A stretch of DNA of 64,000 nt from Podarcis bocagei (taxonomy: Eukaryota). The translations under genes and the position numbers were made by a program. The first letter of the stretch is position 1. Each line of letters starts with the position of its first letter. Location of the stretch: assembly GCA_964188305.1 (NCBI GenBank), contig OZ076885.1. One strand, given 5' to 3'. The notes beneath the pieces were generated by a model, which saw only the letters and a program-made list of their open reading frames with translations, was not told the origin of the DNA and ran no database searches. Below are positions 1-13,329 of this stretch, piece by piece.

Positions 1-3000
1 CCTTTGGCCATCACTAATTTAAGGGGACAGAATGTTGCTTGGGTTTATCTACTTGCTGCAAGCCACGCAAAGGGAGGAATCCAACATTGCACTATTATGG
101 TTATTCTGTCCATGCAAGCAGGAGGAGGGTGGGCAGAGCGTGGCTTCAGTGGCCAGTGTCTCCTCCTCTTCCTGCCTCCTCCTCTACCAAGTATGAGCTG
201 GCCATTGAAGCGGCACTGCACTCAGCTTGTGTTTGGCCTCCTCCACCCCAATTTTGGGGGGACATTGGGGGGCCTGCCTCCCCAAATGGGGGGAAGGTCT
301 CAGCTCCCAGGAGTTGCCCCACTTGATAGGGCTGATAGCATCTGAAAGGACCACAAGACCTGTGCTCCCCAGCAACCAGTATTCAAAGGGAAAGGAACCC
401 CTGATTTTAAAATTGGCGCAACCACCTCTCAGAAACAAGGTGGGGAAGTATGGAGCTCCACCTACTGATCTATAAATTAAGGCGCTTCAATCATGTAGTA
501 CAAAATAAGAAGTTAATTAAGCTTAAGCTTCCATTTCCCTGTGTCCCTACGTTCATACAGCAGGGACATCTTTTTAAACTTCCTTTGCTTTTACAAAAAC
601 ATTCCCATTGCCCCAATACTCAGACTACAAAACCCAGAGTGCTGATCTCCGTTCCCCGTTGATCAGACTGAAACAGGTAAGCAGCTTTTTGTGACTTACC
701 TATAGTCATGCAACACCCCAGGGCTGTTGCCGGAAGAGGGCCCCACTCTCTAACCACTACCAGGCACTCCCTCCCCATCTATATATTTTGCAGTTTCCTA
801 TGGCAATGCTTAGGCTTCTAACCCAGAAAGAGGCAAGGCTTCTGATTAAAACCTTTGGGGTATTAATTTTTTCCCTCTTAATACATATGCTAGCTCACTC
901 CCATCTGTGTGGTTAATTAGTTCCTGACTGTAGGTTAAATGTAGGGCATGTTGTCACGAGCCTAAGGTGGGGTGGCCAGACCTCCTGCTATTGCCATATG
1001 GCTTTTTCTTTTTTAACTCTTCCCATCCAAGCTTCTGGTTTTATAGGCACGCAAACAAAATAACAAACCAAAGAATTGAGTGTGAGGAGGGGATGTTTGT
1101 TCATGTTCATTTGCAATTCTAAGAGGAAACATGCTCTTTGTGGAAGCAGATTTCTCCAGCAGTATTGATTTAAGACCCAGCTTCCCCCCTCCCTTGCCTT
1201 TCGCCCACTTCCACCGCAGAGCAAAATCATTATTAAAAGCAGGAAATAACTCTCTGCATAGGGAGAAACTACTGCACAAATAGGGTGTTTCCAGGGGTCC
1301 TGAAACATGCTTTATGACAGCTGCACTGGCAGCATGACAAGAACATGAGGGTCACTCTCAATTAGCTTAAAACAGAGAACCAAACTCTCCTCATCACTGA
1401 AGCAAACATGAGTGAGAAAAGCAAATTGGGCTGATTAGAGGAAATCCACAAAGTATGTTGGTTTTGGCCACCCTGTCAGTCCTCAAGCCTGTGTGTATGA
1501 ACAATGCACAGGTCACATTCCCTGCGAAATTCCAAGGGATTTTTCCAGGTACCTGCAACTCTCCAAAAAGTCGAGCCTGTTTGGTGAAAACAGCTGTTCA
1601 GGGCTTGGCTCCTCTCAGAATTTGGCTCAAAGCCTGGTTGCTTGCAAATAATATGAAAACAATCAACAGGTCTTTATCTTCTTAAGAGAAAGTTTAATAT
1701 TGCAATGCGACAACCTTCCCTGGGAGCAAACGCTTGGGAGATCTTTGGAGATCTGTCACATTAGCCATCAGAACGTTGAGAGGGTTCTGATGGAAGGGAG
1801 GTCATATGCGTTCAAAATGAAGTGGCCTGTCTGGTCTCTGACACTCACTTTACTGATACTATTACTCATTACCTGCACTGGCTCTCAGGTCATGTCAAGG
1901 CTCAATCCTTGGAGTTAACTTCAAAGCCCCAGACTGTTTGGGAGCAGGCTATCTGAATGACGGAAGAGACAATGAACCAAAGGGTTCTAATTACAAGCAA
2001 ATAACCTATCAAGCAAGTAATCTATCAAGGATGCTGTAGTGGTGGATTTCCTGCATCGGACATGAGGTTGGTCTAGAGGACCTCCAAGACCCTTTCCAAC
2101 ACCATCTTTCTATGATATCCCCCCACCCCATATGCAACATTAGAGGCTCTGCTATGCTTCCCACCACTTTCAGAAACATGGTTGGTTGAACCTAAGATGC
2201 AAGACGGGACCTTTTTCATATTGCCACCCAGAATACAGAGCTCTCTTGCTAGAGAGGTGTATTTGGCTCCTTTTCTTTAAAGATTCAGACATGCTTCCAC
2301 CCACCCTTTTTATTCCTGCAAACTTTCTATATGGTTTAATGTTTTTATCTCCCTGGTTGTAAATGATTTTAGCCTGATCTTTTAATTGTTTTAATACCCT
2401 TCAGAAATTTTGTAAGCATGACATTTCTTAATAAATATTCCCCCTGTTCCCATTCTTTTAAATGGCTCTTTGCAGGACCATTTTTACAATCTTTACCTTC
2501 TGGCCAGACTTCTGTTTTTAGCATGTGGCAGATGCAATAAGTTTCACCTGGATGGGGTGATGAAAGAAAGGTTTTATTTTATATTAAAAAATGCTACTTA
2601 GGGTGTATGTGAGGATCTAGAGAAGGATAAGGAGAGCATGGATGGCTCCAAGCAACCATTGCTATGGGGTTGGAAAGGAAGGAGGGAGGCACCAAATGAG
2701 GAGGAGAAAAGCAGCGTGAAAATGGAAAAAGAAAAGGGAAAAAATGGAGAGTCCCAGGTTGCATCAGAGTCTGCTTCTTGGATTGGACACTGGAGCAAAT
2801 ACCAAAAAGGCACTGGTCATCCTGGTTTAGAAAGTCCTAAGCACTTTGTCTCCTCTTGATACAAAAGGACTCCATTTTGGGTCACTTGCCTGCTGTTGTT
2901 TGTGCCTCTGTTTTGAACTTCTACTTTGCTAGAGGTCTGTGTTGAAATCTTACAGGAAGTCAGTTATCACCTTCTCATACCATTGACTCCGATAAACAAA

Positions 3001-3127
3001 GAAGGCATACGGGGAGACAGACTTCTTCTGTGCTCCAGAAAACCACAGGTTCAATATTTGAAGTTCCCCAGAATCAATATTTGCACTTCCAACAACCCAC
3101 TCCTTCCTTGAACTACTTTTGCCTATA

Positions 3128-3365
3128 CAGTTGTACCTTGGAAGCCTTGGCTCCCGAACAAATCGGCTCCCGAACGATTGAAACCCAGAAGTTCCGGTTT
3201 TCGAACGATTTTCAGAAGCCGAACATCCAGCGCGGCTTCCATGGCTTCCGACTGGCTGCAGGATACTCCTGCCACCAATCAGAAGCTGCGCTTTGGTTTT
3301 TGAATGGTTCTGGGAGTCAAACAGACTCCCAGAATGCATTCTGTTCGAAAACCAAGGTATCACTG
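3128..3365. mobile_element. Tc1/mariner-pogo-type MITE, related family B
   Basis: TA-CAGTTGTACCTTGG...CCAAGGTATCACTG-TA, with a CpG-rich interior containing CGAAC/TTCG repeats. Confidence 0.8.
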
Positions 3366-6300
3366 TACTCTTTCCCAGCTCTTGTTCATAACATCAAAAG
3401 TGGTGAGGCAGGCCCAGCTAGAGTGAGCATGGCGGTGGGGCAGTTTAGCAGTCACTGTATATTAATATATGGATAGGCACATAGTCCTTAACATACATAG
3501 AACTATGTGAAGATTATTGGATGCTGCTGCCGTGTCACAGAGAGTTATATACATCAGTGGCAAGAGTCCAAGATGCAGCTTGGATTTGGCAGTGAGCTCC
3601 ATCTCTTCGTGTGGTCCTGTTTCCCATGCTGATAATAATTATGTCAATCCAGGGGGTGTGGCCATTTATCCTGTTGGTTCTGCTCGTGGGATTACATGTG
3701 TGCAAGTAGTGATGTTCCCACTCAGTTTTTCTCGGAGCCCTAAATATGTGAAGAGCTTGACATAGGCAGCGAGGAGGTGAGGTTGGGGAAGAGAATTCTA
3801 GAAAAGCCATTCAGAGCACATATTTAGATTGCAAGCATTGCTGATTTTGTATGTGTTTAGAAGTATCTGTTCTCAAGACTATGGGTGAAGTCCATTATCC
3901 TTCAGAAACCCAATGCAGTCCAATAGGAAAGACAGCTGTCAGTGGAGAAACACTTGTGGCTTCACATAGAGCGCCTGTCTTTTTCTGTCTTCTATTTTAC
4001 CTCAGAACAATTAGAGAACTCACAGAATGCTCTCAGCGACCCAGAGCAAGTTTCACAATTTTTCAGACCGTGATACTGTCTTTAGAAAAACCCGTGTATT
4101 TAAATGTTTAGTTTTAGCTAGTAGTATTGCTCTTTAAAACATCGCACGTTTGTTATGTGTGTTTAAACTAGTTGTACAGATGAGTTAGATGTATTCTGTA
4201 ATACAGTGCAGTATATGGATTTATACTACTTCATAATTGGAAGAAAATGTAAGAAGAAAGAAAGACACCAAAATGTGACCCTGTAACCAGCATGAGGGAC
4301 GTTCTTTCTATTAACTGCACTGGCAAAACACTATGGTCATGATGCGCTGATGTTGATGATGTCACATCGTGATGCAAAACCTATCAGACCAAAAGTGCAG
4401 TATCTTTTTTCTACCACTACTATGTCCCTCAGGGGTCGTGCCGCTTTGCAAAGTACAAGGGGACACGTCTCTGCCCCCAAGGAACTGGCAGTGCGAACGC
4501 GAGAGAAGAGGGAAAGACGTGGAGGCAGGGACGCATGTAATCACGGGCTGCAGGAAAACACATGCTGTAGCATAATGGATTATTGCTCCAACTCTCCCAT
4601 TGTTCCCCACTGTCACTTTGCCAAATGTGAATACCGTGTCTTTGAACCGCAATTCTGTAACATCCTCCTCCGCGAAAATACAGGGAAATGCAGAGAAGGC
4701 TCTCATCCCCACATGCAGGCAAACTCTGCTGGCAAAAATCAGACACTTTTCTCTAAGCACTGTCATTGCTGGCCAAGTTACAGCAGCAATGGGGAAACCT
4801 CTGATCTGTGGGCCTAATTTGGCCTGTAAAGCTGTTTCCCCAAGCCAAACCACCTGCACTATACCTGACATCTTATCTGTCAGGGAGTGGGGCAGGTAAA
4901 GACTGCTGCTTGCTATTATGGCTGAGTGGCTAGGGAACTGCTGTGTGACGTTTGTGCTGTGGGTTTGAGTCCAGGGTGCTCTCTCTTCCTTTCATTAACC
5001 CTGATATGACATTCCTCCCTGCCAGGCATGCTAACGGTGTGTGGGGTCGCTTCCCCCTGGTAGGGCTCAAACTCTTGTCTCCTGCTTCTGCTAGTCCTAT
5101 GCCCTGTTCAGTGATTCATTAATGGCAGTGGCTGTCAGTGTGTGTGTGTGTGCCCCATTCCCTTGGCTGCTTGGCAAAAAAATGAATCTTTCTCTTCCTT
5201 AGGTGGGTTTTGAACCGTTTTCCAAGCCGGGGGGGGGGAGCGGTGTATGCTATGTGCAGGCAGGTAGTTGTGCAGATGTCACATTGTACAACCTCTCCCT
5301 CCTTCCATTTGTGCTCCAAAACAGTGGTTGTCATAAAGCACAAAGGGATTAAAAATCTGGACTGGTCATTGCTGGCTGTGCCATTGGGGTTGATATGAGT
5401 GGTGTTGCCTTGTGTGTAGTGAGACATATGCCTTGAGCATATTCCTGTTGTTAGCTCATTGGCTCCTTCCCTGTGTTGATGTCTTTACTAGCACTGGCTG
5501 TGATTGGTGGGCTGTGGTGGCATTCCCAGGGATGTTGTTGTGGATGTGTTTGCCATCTCCTCCTGACTTTAAATTTCTTATTGTGAGCATTTCCCTTCCA
5601 GGGTTAAGCATTGGATTGGCTGGCCTTTCTGCCAACAAAGTGGCACCATAATTCTGGTCCAGAAAAATGAAAGTAAAGGATTACTCTCTGACAGTGAAAC
5701 CTGAAAGGATTTATTTCTGTGAGGGAAATCCTTTCATTTTACCCCCATCCCTCTTGCGGCCACAAGCTCTTCCTCCCCAGGGAGCTGTTGGTTTGCAAAA
5801 TGTTGTGCACATTTATACACTACGTTGCAGTCATAAGGACCAGACAAACAAGAAATCTGGATGTAGAGAGTACGGAACAAAAGTCAGGATGACAAGGCAA
5901 TTCATTAGTAGCATTTGGGCCACATTAGAATGCAAAGTGAACTTTCCACTGAGCAGAAGCTCCAGAGAATGCAAAATATTACTGAGAATAAGGTGTGGTG
6001 CCTTGAAGTGAGGCATGTATGAAACCAACCATAAACACAGTGGGAGCAGCCATTCTTTCACATCCTCGCACGCCTTCCTGCTAAATTGTTTCCTTCCAAA
6101 TGGATTTTTTTATTTAAACTGAAAACAAATCCTTTATGAGGTTTTGCATCTTCAGCATTTGATGCACACGTTCAGCATGGAACCAAGCCTTGGTGGCCAC
6201 CTGTAGCAAGACCCAAGAAATTTAATTTGCAAATAGTACCCTGCTGGCAAGAGCAGAAAGATAAACATGCACCTAGCTATTGATGCTAATCCTTGACATT

Positions 6301-6769
6301 TGACTATTTTTTTCCACTGAAAAAGGTGGGAAGGAACCAAAACTTGTTTTACTGGGTTGTTTGGATTGGGGGGGGGGTGGAGATAGTCTTGTAGTGGTTT
6401 GTGATATTGCATTGACACATTGTTCAATATGCTCTTATCTTAAGCTCTTGTTTCTTTATGACACAGGTCTAAAGATGTGAACAGGTGCTGGCTCTAAATT
6501 ACTGGCTGCAAACAAGGAAGTTAGAACTGGAGGGAAGAATAAGTTGATCTGTGAGGTGGCAGTGCTTCCTGCTGAAGAGACAATCTGGGAAAAACTGCAG
6601 CAAAAACAAACAAACCCACAAGTGTGTATTTCATACCTTCATGTCCCTTCTTTGGTTCCCAGTTTTAGGATCCAAAATTTTAAAATAAAATAATTGTAGG
6701 GTGGCTAGAAACAAACAAAACTTTGAAGTGAAATTCATAAATATATTTTGTTTGCTGCCCTGTTTGTCA

Positions 6770-7318
6770 CTAGAAGCTCAAGTGGCCAGAGTGCCTTCTA
6801 CCATCTTCAGCTGAAAAGACATTTAGAGTTGTTGCTTGAACTGGGAAAGCCTGACCACTGTTGTCCATATATGCTGGTAACCTCCAGGCTGGATTACTGC
6901 AGTATGCTGGGGGGGGGGGGCTGCCCTTGAGGCTGGTCCAGATGCGACAGCTAGTGCAAAACGCAGTGGCTTGACTGGGGCAGGATATCACCAACACATT
7001 AGCCCGGCTGTTTAAAGGACTGCACTGGCTGCCAGTTAGCTACTGGGTTATGTTCAAAGCACTGGTTTGGGGGTATTAAGCCCTACTGCACTTGGGACCT
7101 GGTTACCTGGAAGATTGTGACACTTTATATACCCTTTGGAACTACCCCTGTTGCCATTTCAGCATTTACTGAAGACCTTCCTCTTCCAACAAGTCTTTTA
7201 ACTGGAGATTTTTCACAGTCTGCATCTGTCTTGGAATTGTTTTTAGTATGTTTTTATTTTATCTCGTTTGCCACTCCAGACTCCTTTGGGAAGAAGGGCG
7301 GGATATAAATAAATAAAT
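6770..7318 (+). mobile_element. Degenerate L2-like LINE 3' fragment
   Basis: Broken frame with LVTSRLDYC, QLVQNA and LHWLPV motifs typical of the L2/CR1-clade ORF2 C-terminus. Ends in a GAAGGGCGGGATATAAATAAATAAAT tail. Confidence 0.75.
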
Positions 7319-8089
7319 ATAAAAAGAAATGGTAAGAAATTGAAATGGTCATTATGACAAATGGATGTATAGGTTCAATGGTATGAATGTAGTCTTAAAA
7401 AGTTTTCTGTTCATTGAAAAGGGTAATAGCCAAAAACAAGAGAGCCAGTGCTATCTGCTGTTAGATATGTGCAGTCTGGAAGCAGACCAGCATATCCCTG
7501 TCTTTCTTATGACTGTAGGCCTATTTATGAAACCTTTCCAACTACCAATTCCAGATGCAAGAACTCCTTCGGGGTCATGCCCATGTCTTGAACCTACTTT
7601 CCATATTAGAAATGTAAGTCATCAGTATGATCCTGGAAGTAGCTCTCACATCTGAAATAGCTAGATGGAATGCTTTCAAATCTATCTATTCATGAGAAAG
7701 ACACAGATATGCTGTTCTAATTGTGTGCTGCTTGTGGAATCAGTCAACTGCTTTCCATACCATCCCCCTTTCCCTACCTTTTCCTCATTCTCCTTGTCTT
7801 CTTGAACATAGTTCATTCACTTGTCATCTTGATGGATGAGTGGGAAGTGACTGCCTAACTTTAGGTACCCCTGTGTGAAACCCAGACCCATTTTAGTCTG
7901 GCTTCCATTCTGCTTTGGGGACTGAAACTGCTTTGGTTGCTTTAGAACAGTTGCACTGGGAGATAATCAGGGGGAAATGCAACTCAGTTGATTCTCCTGG
8001 ACCTCTCCATGGCTTAGAGTACTATTGACATAGTATCCTTCCAGATCACCTGTCTGGGATGATCCAGCTTTTTTTGTTGCCTCTTGCCT

Positions 8090-8770
8090 CCAGTGCTATT
8101 AAACACTTTCACAAAACTGCTGCTGGTAGCCATGTGGAGATCTGGAGATCTGCACCTAGATTCTCCTTTTCATCTAGTCCAGGTGAGGCACTGGACACTC
8201 TCAGCAAGTGCCAGGACTTGTAATGAGCTAGATGAGTGCCGATAAACTGGGGCTCAATCCAGCCAACAAAGTTTTAGATGGTTAAGTTTACAGCTGCCCT
8301 GAGTGTCTCTTTGAGACAAAGTGTGGGATACAAATGATCTACATAAATAAATACATTTTGGGAAGCTGGCATTCCAACTCTTTGGGATGGAGCTACACTA
8401 ATCCTCAAGGATCAGGTTGACAGCTTGGGGTTGCTATTGGATCTGACCTTTCAAGTGTCCATTGCACAAAGCACCTTTCACCAAACATCCTTTGGTGTTT
8501 CAGCTGTTACCCTGCCTGAATAAAATGGATCTTGTCATAGTTACCTGTGCTCTTGAAACATTCTGCTAAAATTACATAGTGTCTAATACTTGAAACATGG
8601 CTTTGCCTGTGTTTGGAAACTTCTGAATGTAGCTGCCCAGTTATTAACTGGGTCCCCAATTCCAACATAATTAAAAGTGCTGGTCTCTTTTTACTTTAAA
8701 ACAATCTGGGACAAGGATATCTGAAGGTCCTCCTTCTTGCCTGCATAGAAAGATCATCTGCTGAGGTATT
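8090..8770 (+). mobile_element. Degenerate L2-like LINE fragment
   Basis: Remnant motifs resembling KL.LNP.KT and V.SLGVLLD..L, similar to the 6770 and 13330 fragments. Boundaries approximate. Confidence 0.5.
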
Positions 8771-11700
8771 CCTCCAAACGCAGCAGTGGATCTGCCACAA
8801 TTGCTCCTCAACTTCCTCTGAATCCAAGCTTGTTGGAGGGACACCTCTGCCACATCCTAAACCCCTCTAGCAGAGTGAATCAGGGGGTTAAGATTGCCCT
8901 GCCCATCCCACTAAAATGAATGAGACAAGTTAGTCCCAGGCTGCGTTTTGGTTTTATTTGTGCACTGCCTTGTGAGGGCTACACAATGAAAGCTAGAAGT
9001 CCATGTAATTAATAAACAGAATCCCATTACTACAAGACCAAAGCATGACAAGCTACCTCTGGATTCAACCCTGTAATTCTCCAGGAATGGAAGATTCTTA
9101 GCTCCTCCAAATTTCTGAAAGCTTCTTTAGAACATAAGATCCTGCTGAGCCAAACCTGTAGCCCATCTAGTTCAGCATCATCTTCTTACAATGACCAACC
9201 AGAGGCCTGTGGGAAGCCCAGAGTATATAGACTGGATAGCAACCTTAATTATAGTGATCTACAAGCTACCGTAGTATCTGTACTTCAGCCACTTAAACAG
9301 GTTGTGGCTCACTGTTTATATTTTTCTCCGCTGGGTAAAGTCTGGCACTGTGATTCATTTAAGGACTTTCAGAGACTTAAGTTTGTTGGTTTTGATGTTT
9401 CGAATTATTCCATAAAGTTTTTCACATTGTTATTGTTTCTGGCCATCGTGTTGCTTTTGATATTGCTGACTCGTTTTTGCAACACAGGGGTTGATTTGTT
9501 TACTCACTATATTTTTCCAAAGACAGAGAGCTTTGTTTGGGTTTCATCTGACAACACACAAAGAGAGATCACAGACTGCCCTGGCCAGGATGTTTAGCTA
9601 TGGACTCTTCTGCCTTAGTGCAACATGTTGGACTGGAGGAACTGACCAGCCTTATAGCAATGAGAAACACACCTGATGAAAGTCAATACTGGTATATCTT
9701 AAAAAGTTGTCATTATAACTAATATCACAGATATGGCCAGAGAGAGACCAGGCATTCTTCAGTGGGAAGAGCTGCGGATGTTGTCCCAGATTGGTTGCAT
9801 TCTCTGAAGCTTCTGGTTTTGAAGAACTCAGTGGGCAAGTAGTTGCCCTGCCTTGGACAAGTTGTTATTTCTCTGCACCAGCTGTTCTCCCATGGTATGA
9901 CAGCAGGACATGGGATCATGTGCTAAGCAGCCAGCATTGATGCAAGGGGAGATTAATCCCTTTGTTGGGCATAATGCACTGGAGTGCAAGTGTAGAAAAG
10001 AGAAATTTCCATAACAGACGGGTTGTATCCAATTAGTTCTGCTCTGAGTAAATGTTAGCTGGATACAACTTACAGTGTATAAAATTATGCACAAAATTGG
10101 GCACAAAATTGGGAAATTAGATAGAGAAAAATGACACTATTCCCCCCCCCCCCCGTGTGTGCATGGCATGAGATTGATGCTTCCTCATTTATTTCTGTCC
10201 CACGCCCAGCAGTAGAGCAACAATAGATGTTTACCCACAGGTCTGGGTAAAGAGATGTTATGTTGCTCCACACCACTGTGGAAAGGGGATTTGGAAGGGC
10301 ATGTTATCCCAAAGACCAAGGGAGTGACCTCAGCCCCTACATAATCTTCGCTGTCATAGGCCCATAACAACACTAAGGGGTTTTTCGTAGAAGATGGGAC
10401 ATATCTTCACAGTCTTATCCTATGTTCCTCAAAGGGATATCACTGCCTCGACTACAGCACAGCACAAAAGCTGAGTTTATAAAAGACCCATGACCTTCAG
10501 ATGGTCTGAACTAACTGTAATACAAATACTTAAATTTAACTAGTTTACAGCATACAGACTGTAAACACGTTCAATGGACTTTGGTTTAATGTTGATCTGC
10601 TGCTTATTAAATAAGGGGCAATCCATATATTGCATGCTATTTTCCCCTGCAAAATTGCAGCCTGTCAAAGCTATTCTTTGTTTACAATTAAAATAAAAAA
10701 AAAATAAAAAATGACAGGACTATATTATACACATGTGTAGCTTGGCCCCAAGGGTGAAAAGTAAAGGGCATGTTATTTTGGTACCCCTTGTACTAGTGAC
10801 ATACAAAGAGAGTTTGTTCTTTTTTTCCTAAGCCAGAGCTCTGTTCCTTAAGTTCATATTCAGAACAAAACACTCAGGAGAAAACAGTTCAGTTTTTGGT
10901 AAGATGGAGCGTGCCAGTATATAAACCTCTCCTAGAGATGATTAAGAGGTGTTCCATTAAGCTGCAATTTTGCAGGGGAGGGGGCTGAGTGCTCATAACA
11001 ATTATGTGAAAACAAGTCAATGCAGGTTAGTAATTAACCTATTAAAAGGGATATATCCGCTCACACAGGAGCCTCTGTCACGATGCTCAGCATACTGAGC
11101 AAAATTTCCAATGCGGCCATAAATCAAAGGCTGGAAGCAACATCTGTAGATATTAAAGAAGCAGCCACTTAAAACAAGAGTAAGCATTACAGCTCGGGCT
11201 AAAGATATCCTCTGCTCAGAGCTCTCGTAGCATCCTGTTGACCTCTTTTCCCAAAGAAAATAGCTTGACCTTATTCTAGATAGCTACAACTCTTGTGAAG
11301 TTCAGTTTTCTTCCATGCTGTACCTTTTGGGTTTACTGAGACTGAAACAAGAAAACCAGTTTTATGGACTCTGGGTTCAAGCAATGAGCAGTTAAGGGAA
11401 ACAAATGTAGAACACGAGTGTTAAAAACAAATCTTTACTGAAAGTTGTCTTTCTTTACACTCTCTCTTAGGAGTGACAAGCAAGTGCGTATTGTGCAAAA
11501 GCCTGGTTGCGCCTGGACAAATAAGCAGAACAGGGCAAGCGGCTCATTTATTTCAATTTCAAACTTTGGGGAGACGACTTGCGTTTAGTCTTGGTCCACA
11601 AATGCAGCCAGTGCCCATTTCCCATGACTTTTTAAAAGTAGTACCACCACAAAGTTGTTACCAAATACACATTTAAATAAGCAGGAGGATCTTTTCTCAT

Positions 11701-12493
11701 CTCCTGCCATGGCACACAACCTTATGCCTTCCGTCAAGTGATTTGTAAAAAAATAAAATGCTCGAGACTTTTGGCTTGTTATGCCAACCACAATTTACAG
11801 TCTTCGAATGATGACATCCTCCCTGTAGCAAGAAAAATAGGACTCTAACAGAGAGTGCAATTTTTTAAAATGGGTTTTCCAGCTGTGATTCAGTGAAGTT
11901 GAACACTAAGTGGCAGTACTACAGAGGGAAAATTGTTCCGTGTTGTTGAATCTCAAAGAAAAGGCCTTTCTTTTTATCTCTTTTCATTAAATAAACAATA
12001 GTGAACAGCTCTTTTTCAATTGCCTCATATTGAGAGTTAAGTAGCGATTTTATCTGCAGCCCTGAGTGAGATATACTGGCCTGAACCCAAAGAGTTGTAT
12101 TTCCTCTGTTCTTTCAGAGCAGGCCCCAATCCTTTTTATCAGAGACAGGCCTAACACTATAGGCGACAAGGCCTAGGGCAGGCACGGTGGGCACCAGGGT
12201 GGGCCATTTGCACAGAGGGGGGAATTCAAGCACGGACAGCTTCTGCCACACATACAAGACATGATGCACCTCCTATGAGGCTGGGTATTGGCTTGAGGGT
12301 CAGACAAGGGTTCAAATCCTCTCCTAGTTCTCATACACACCATGCATCCAAAGCACAACATCACCCCCCTCAAAAAAGAAGAACCCTGTGAACTGTAGCT
12401 TGAGAAGCTCACAGGAGTAGAAGGCAGCCATTTCTGAGGGAATTCAAACTGTGCTGCTAGATAGGCTTCAGGTAGTTCCCTGGAGATGAATGA

Positions 12494-12682
12494 GGAAGGG
12501 CCATAGCTCAGTGTAGGGCATCTGCTTTGCCTGGAGATGGTTCCAGGTTCAGTACCAAAGATCTCCAAGCAGGGCTGGTAGATAACCCCTGTCTGAAATC
12601 CTGGAGAGCTGCTGCTGCCTGCCAGTGTAAACAGTGCAGCACTGGATGCCCAAATGACGTGACTCCGCATAAGGCAGTTTCC
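12494..12682 (+). mobile_element. tRNA-derived SINE (squamate type)
   Basis: GGGCCATAGCTCAGTG head, CCAGGTTCA box and CCTGGAGAGCTGCTGC core. Inverse copy at about 43655-43820. Confidence 0.7.
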
Positions 12683-13329
12683 AGGGTTTCTTCCCTACTT
12701 GCTGACACCAGTTTCCACCCCCAATTCCAGATATGGGGAGAGACGATGCGAGTGGTGAGGCCTGCCTTTATTCAGAAACTTTCTCTGGACAGCACATAAG
12801 AGTTCACAAAGACAGAAACATGAGTGAGCAAGGGATGGTTACTTCCACACTAGCAGTGTACTCCAGAATTAATACCATTTCATTACTCATTTATTGCAGA
12901 TGATCCAGATGAAATCACTGTGAAACAGTTTCGATCCAGTGTGCATGCATGTTGCACCCTTTGCAGACATCTACATCTGAAATCAATGTATGAGACCCTT
13001 CTGTGTGTGTGTCTCTCCTTCTTTCTCCCTTGTCTCTCAAACTATAGCATTTGCAAATTATCAGATGTTTTTCAGCCTTGACTAGATTAGTTTTCAGTTG
13101 GCTTACTCAGAACCAGATGCCAATCCTGACCAGGCACACTGGGAAACTAGTAGGTAAGATGAAGAATAGAACCAACCCATATCAATGTACAAGGCGATGG
13201 CGATTGTGCCAAAATTGCACAGAATCATTCAGCAGGGATTCTATGGGCATCTGCCAGAAATGCTGATAACTAATGGATGGTTCTCATGTCCAAGAAAGTA
13301 GTTGACTGCCTGCAGTGAGTGTGGTTGTG

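Noticed and set aside
2638-2859. Lys/Glu-rich 73-aa ORF
   Set aside because: Purine-rich low-complexity sequence with no splice or homology support.
4918-4980. tRNA-like A/B boxes (TGGCTGAGTGG...GGTTTGAGTCC), considered as a tRNA or mascRNA-like RNA
   Set aside because: No convincing cloverleaf and no upstream U-rich/A-rich triple-helix motif. More likely a decayed SINE head.
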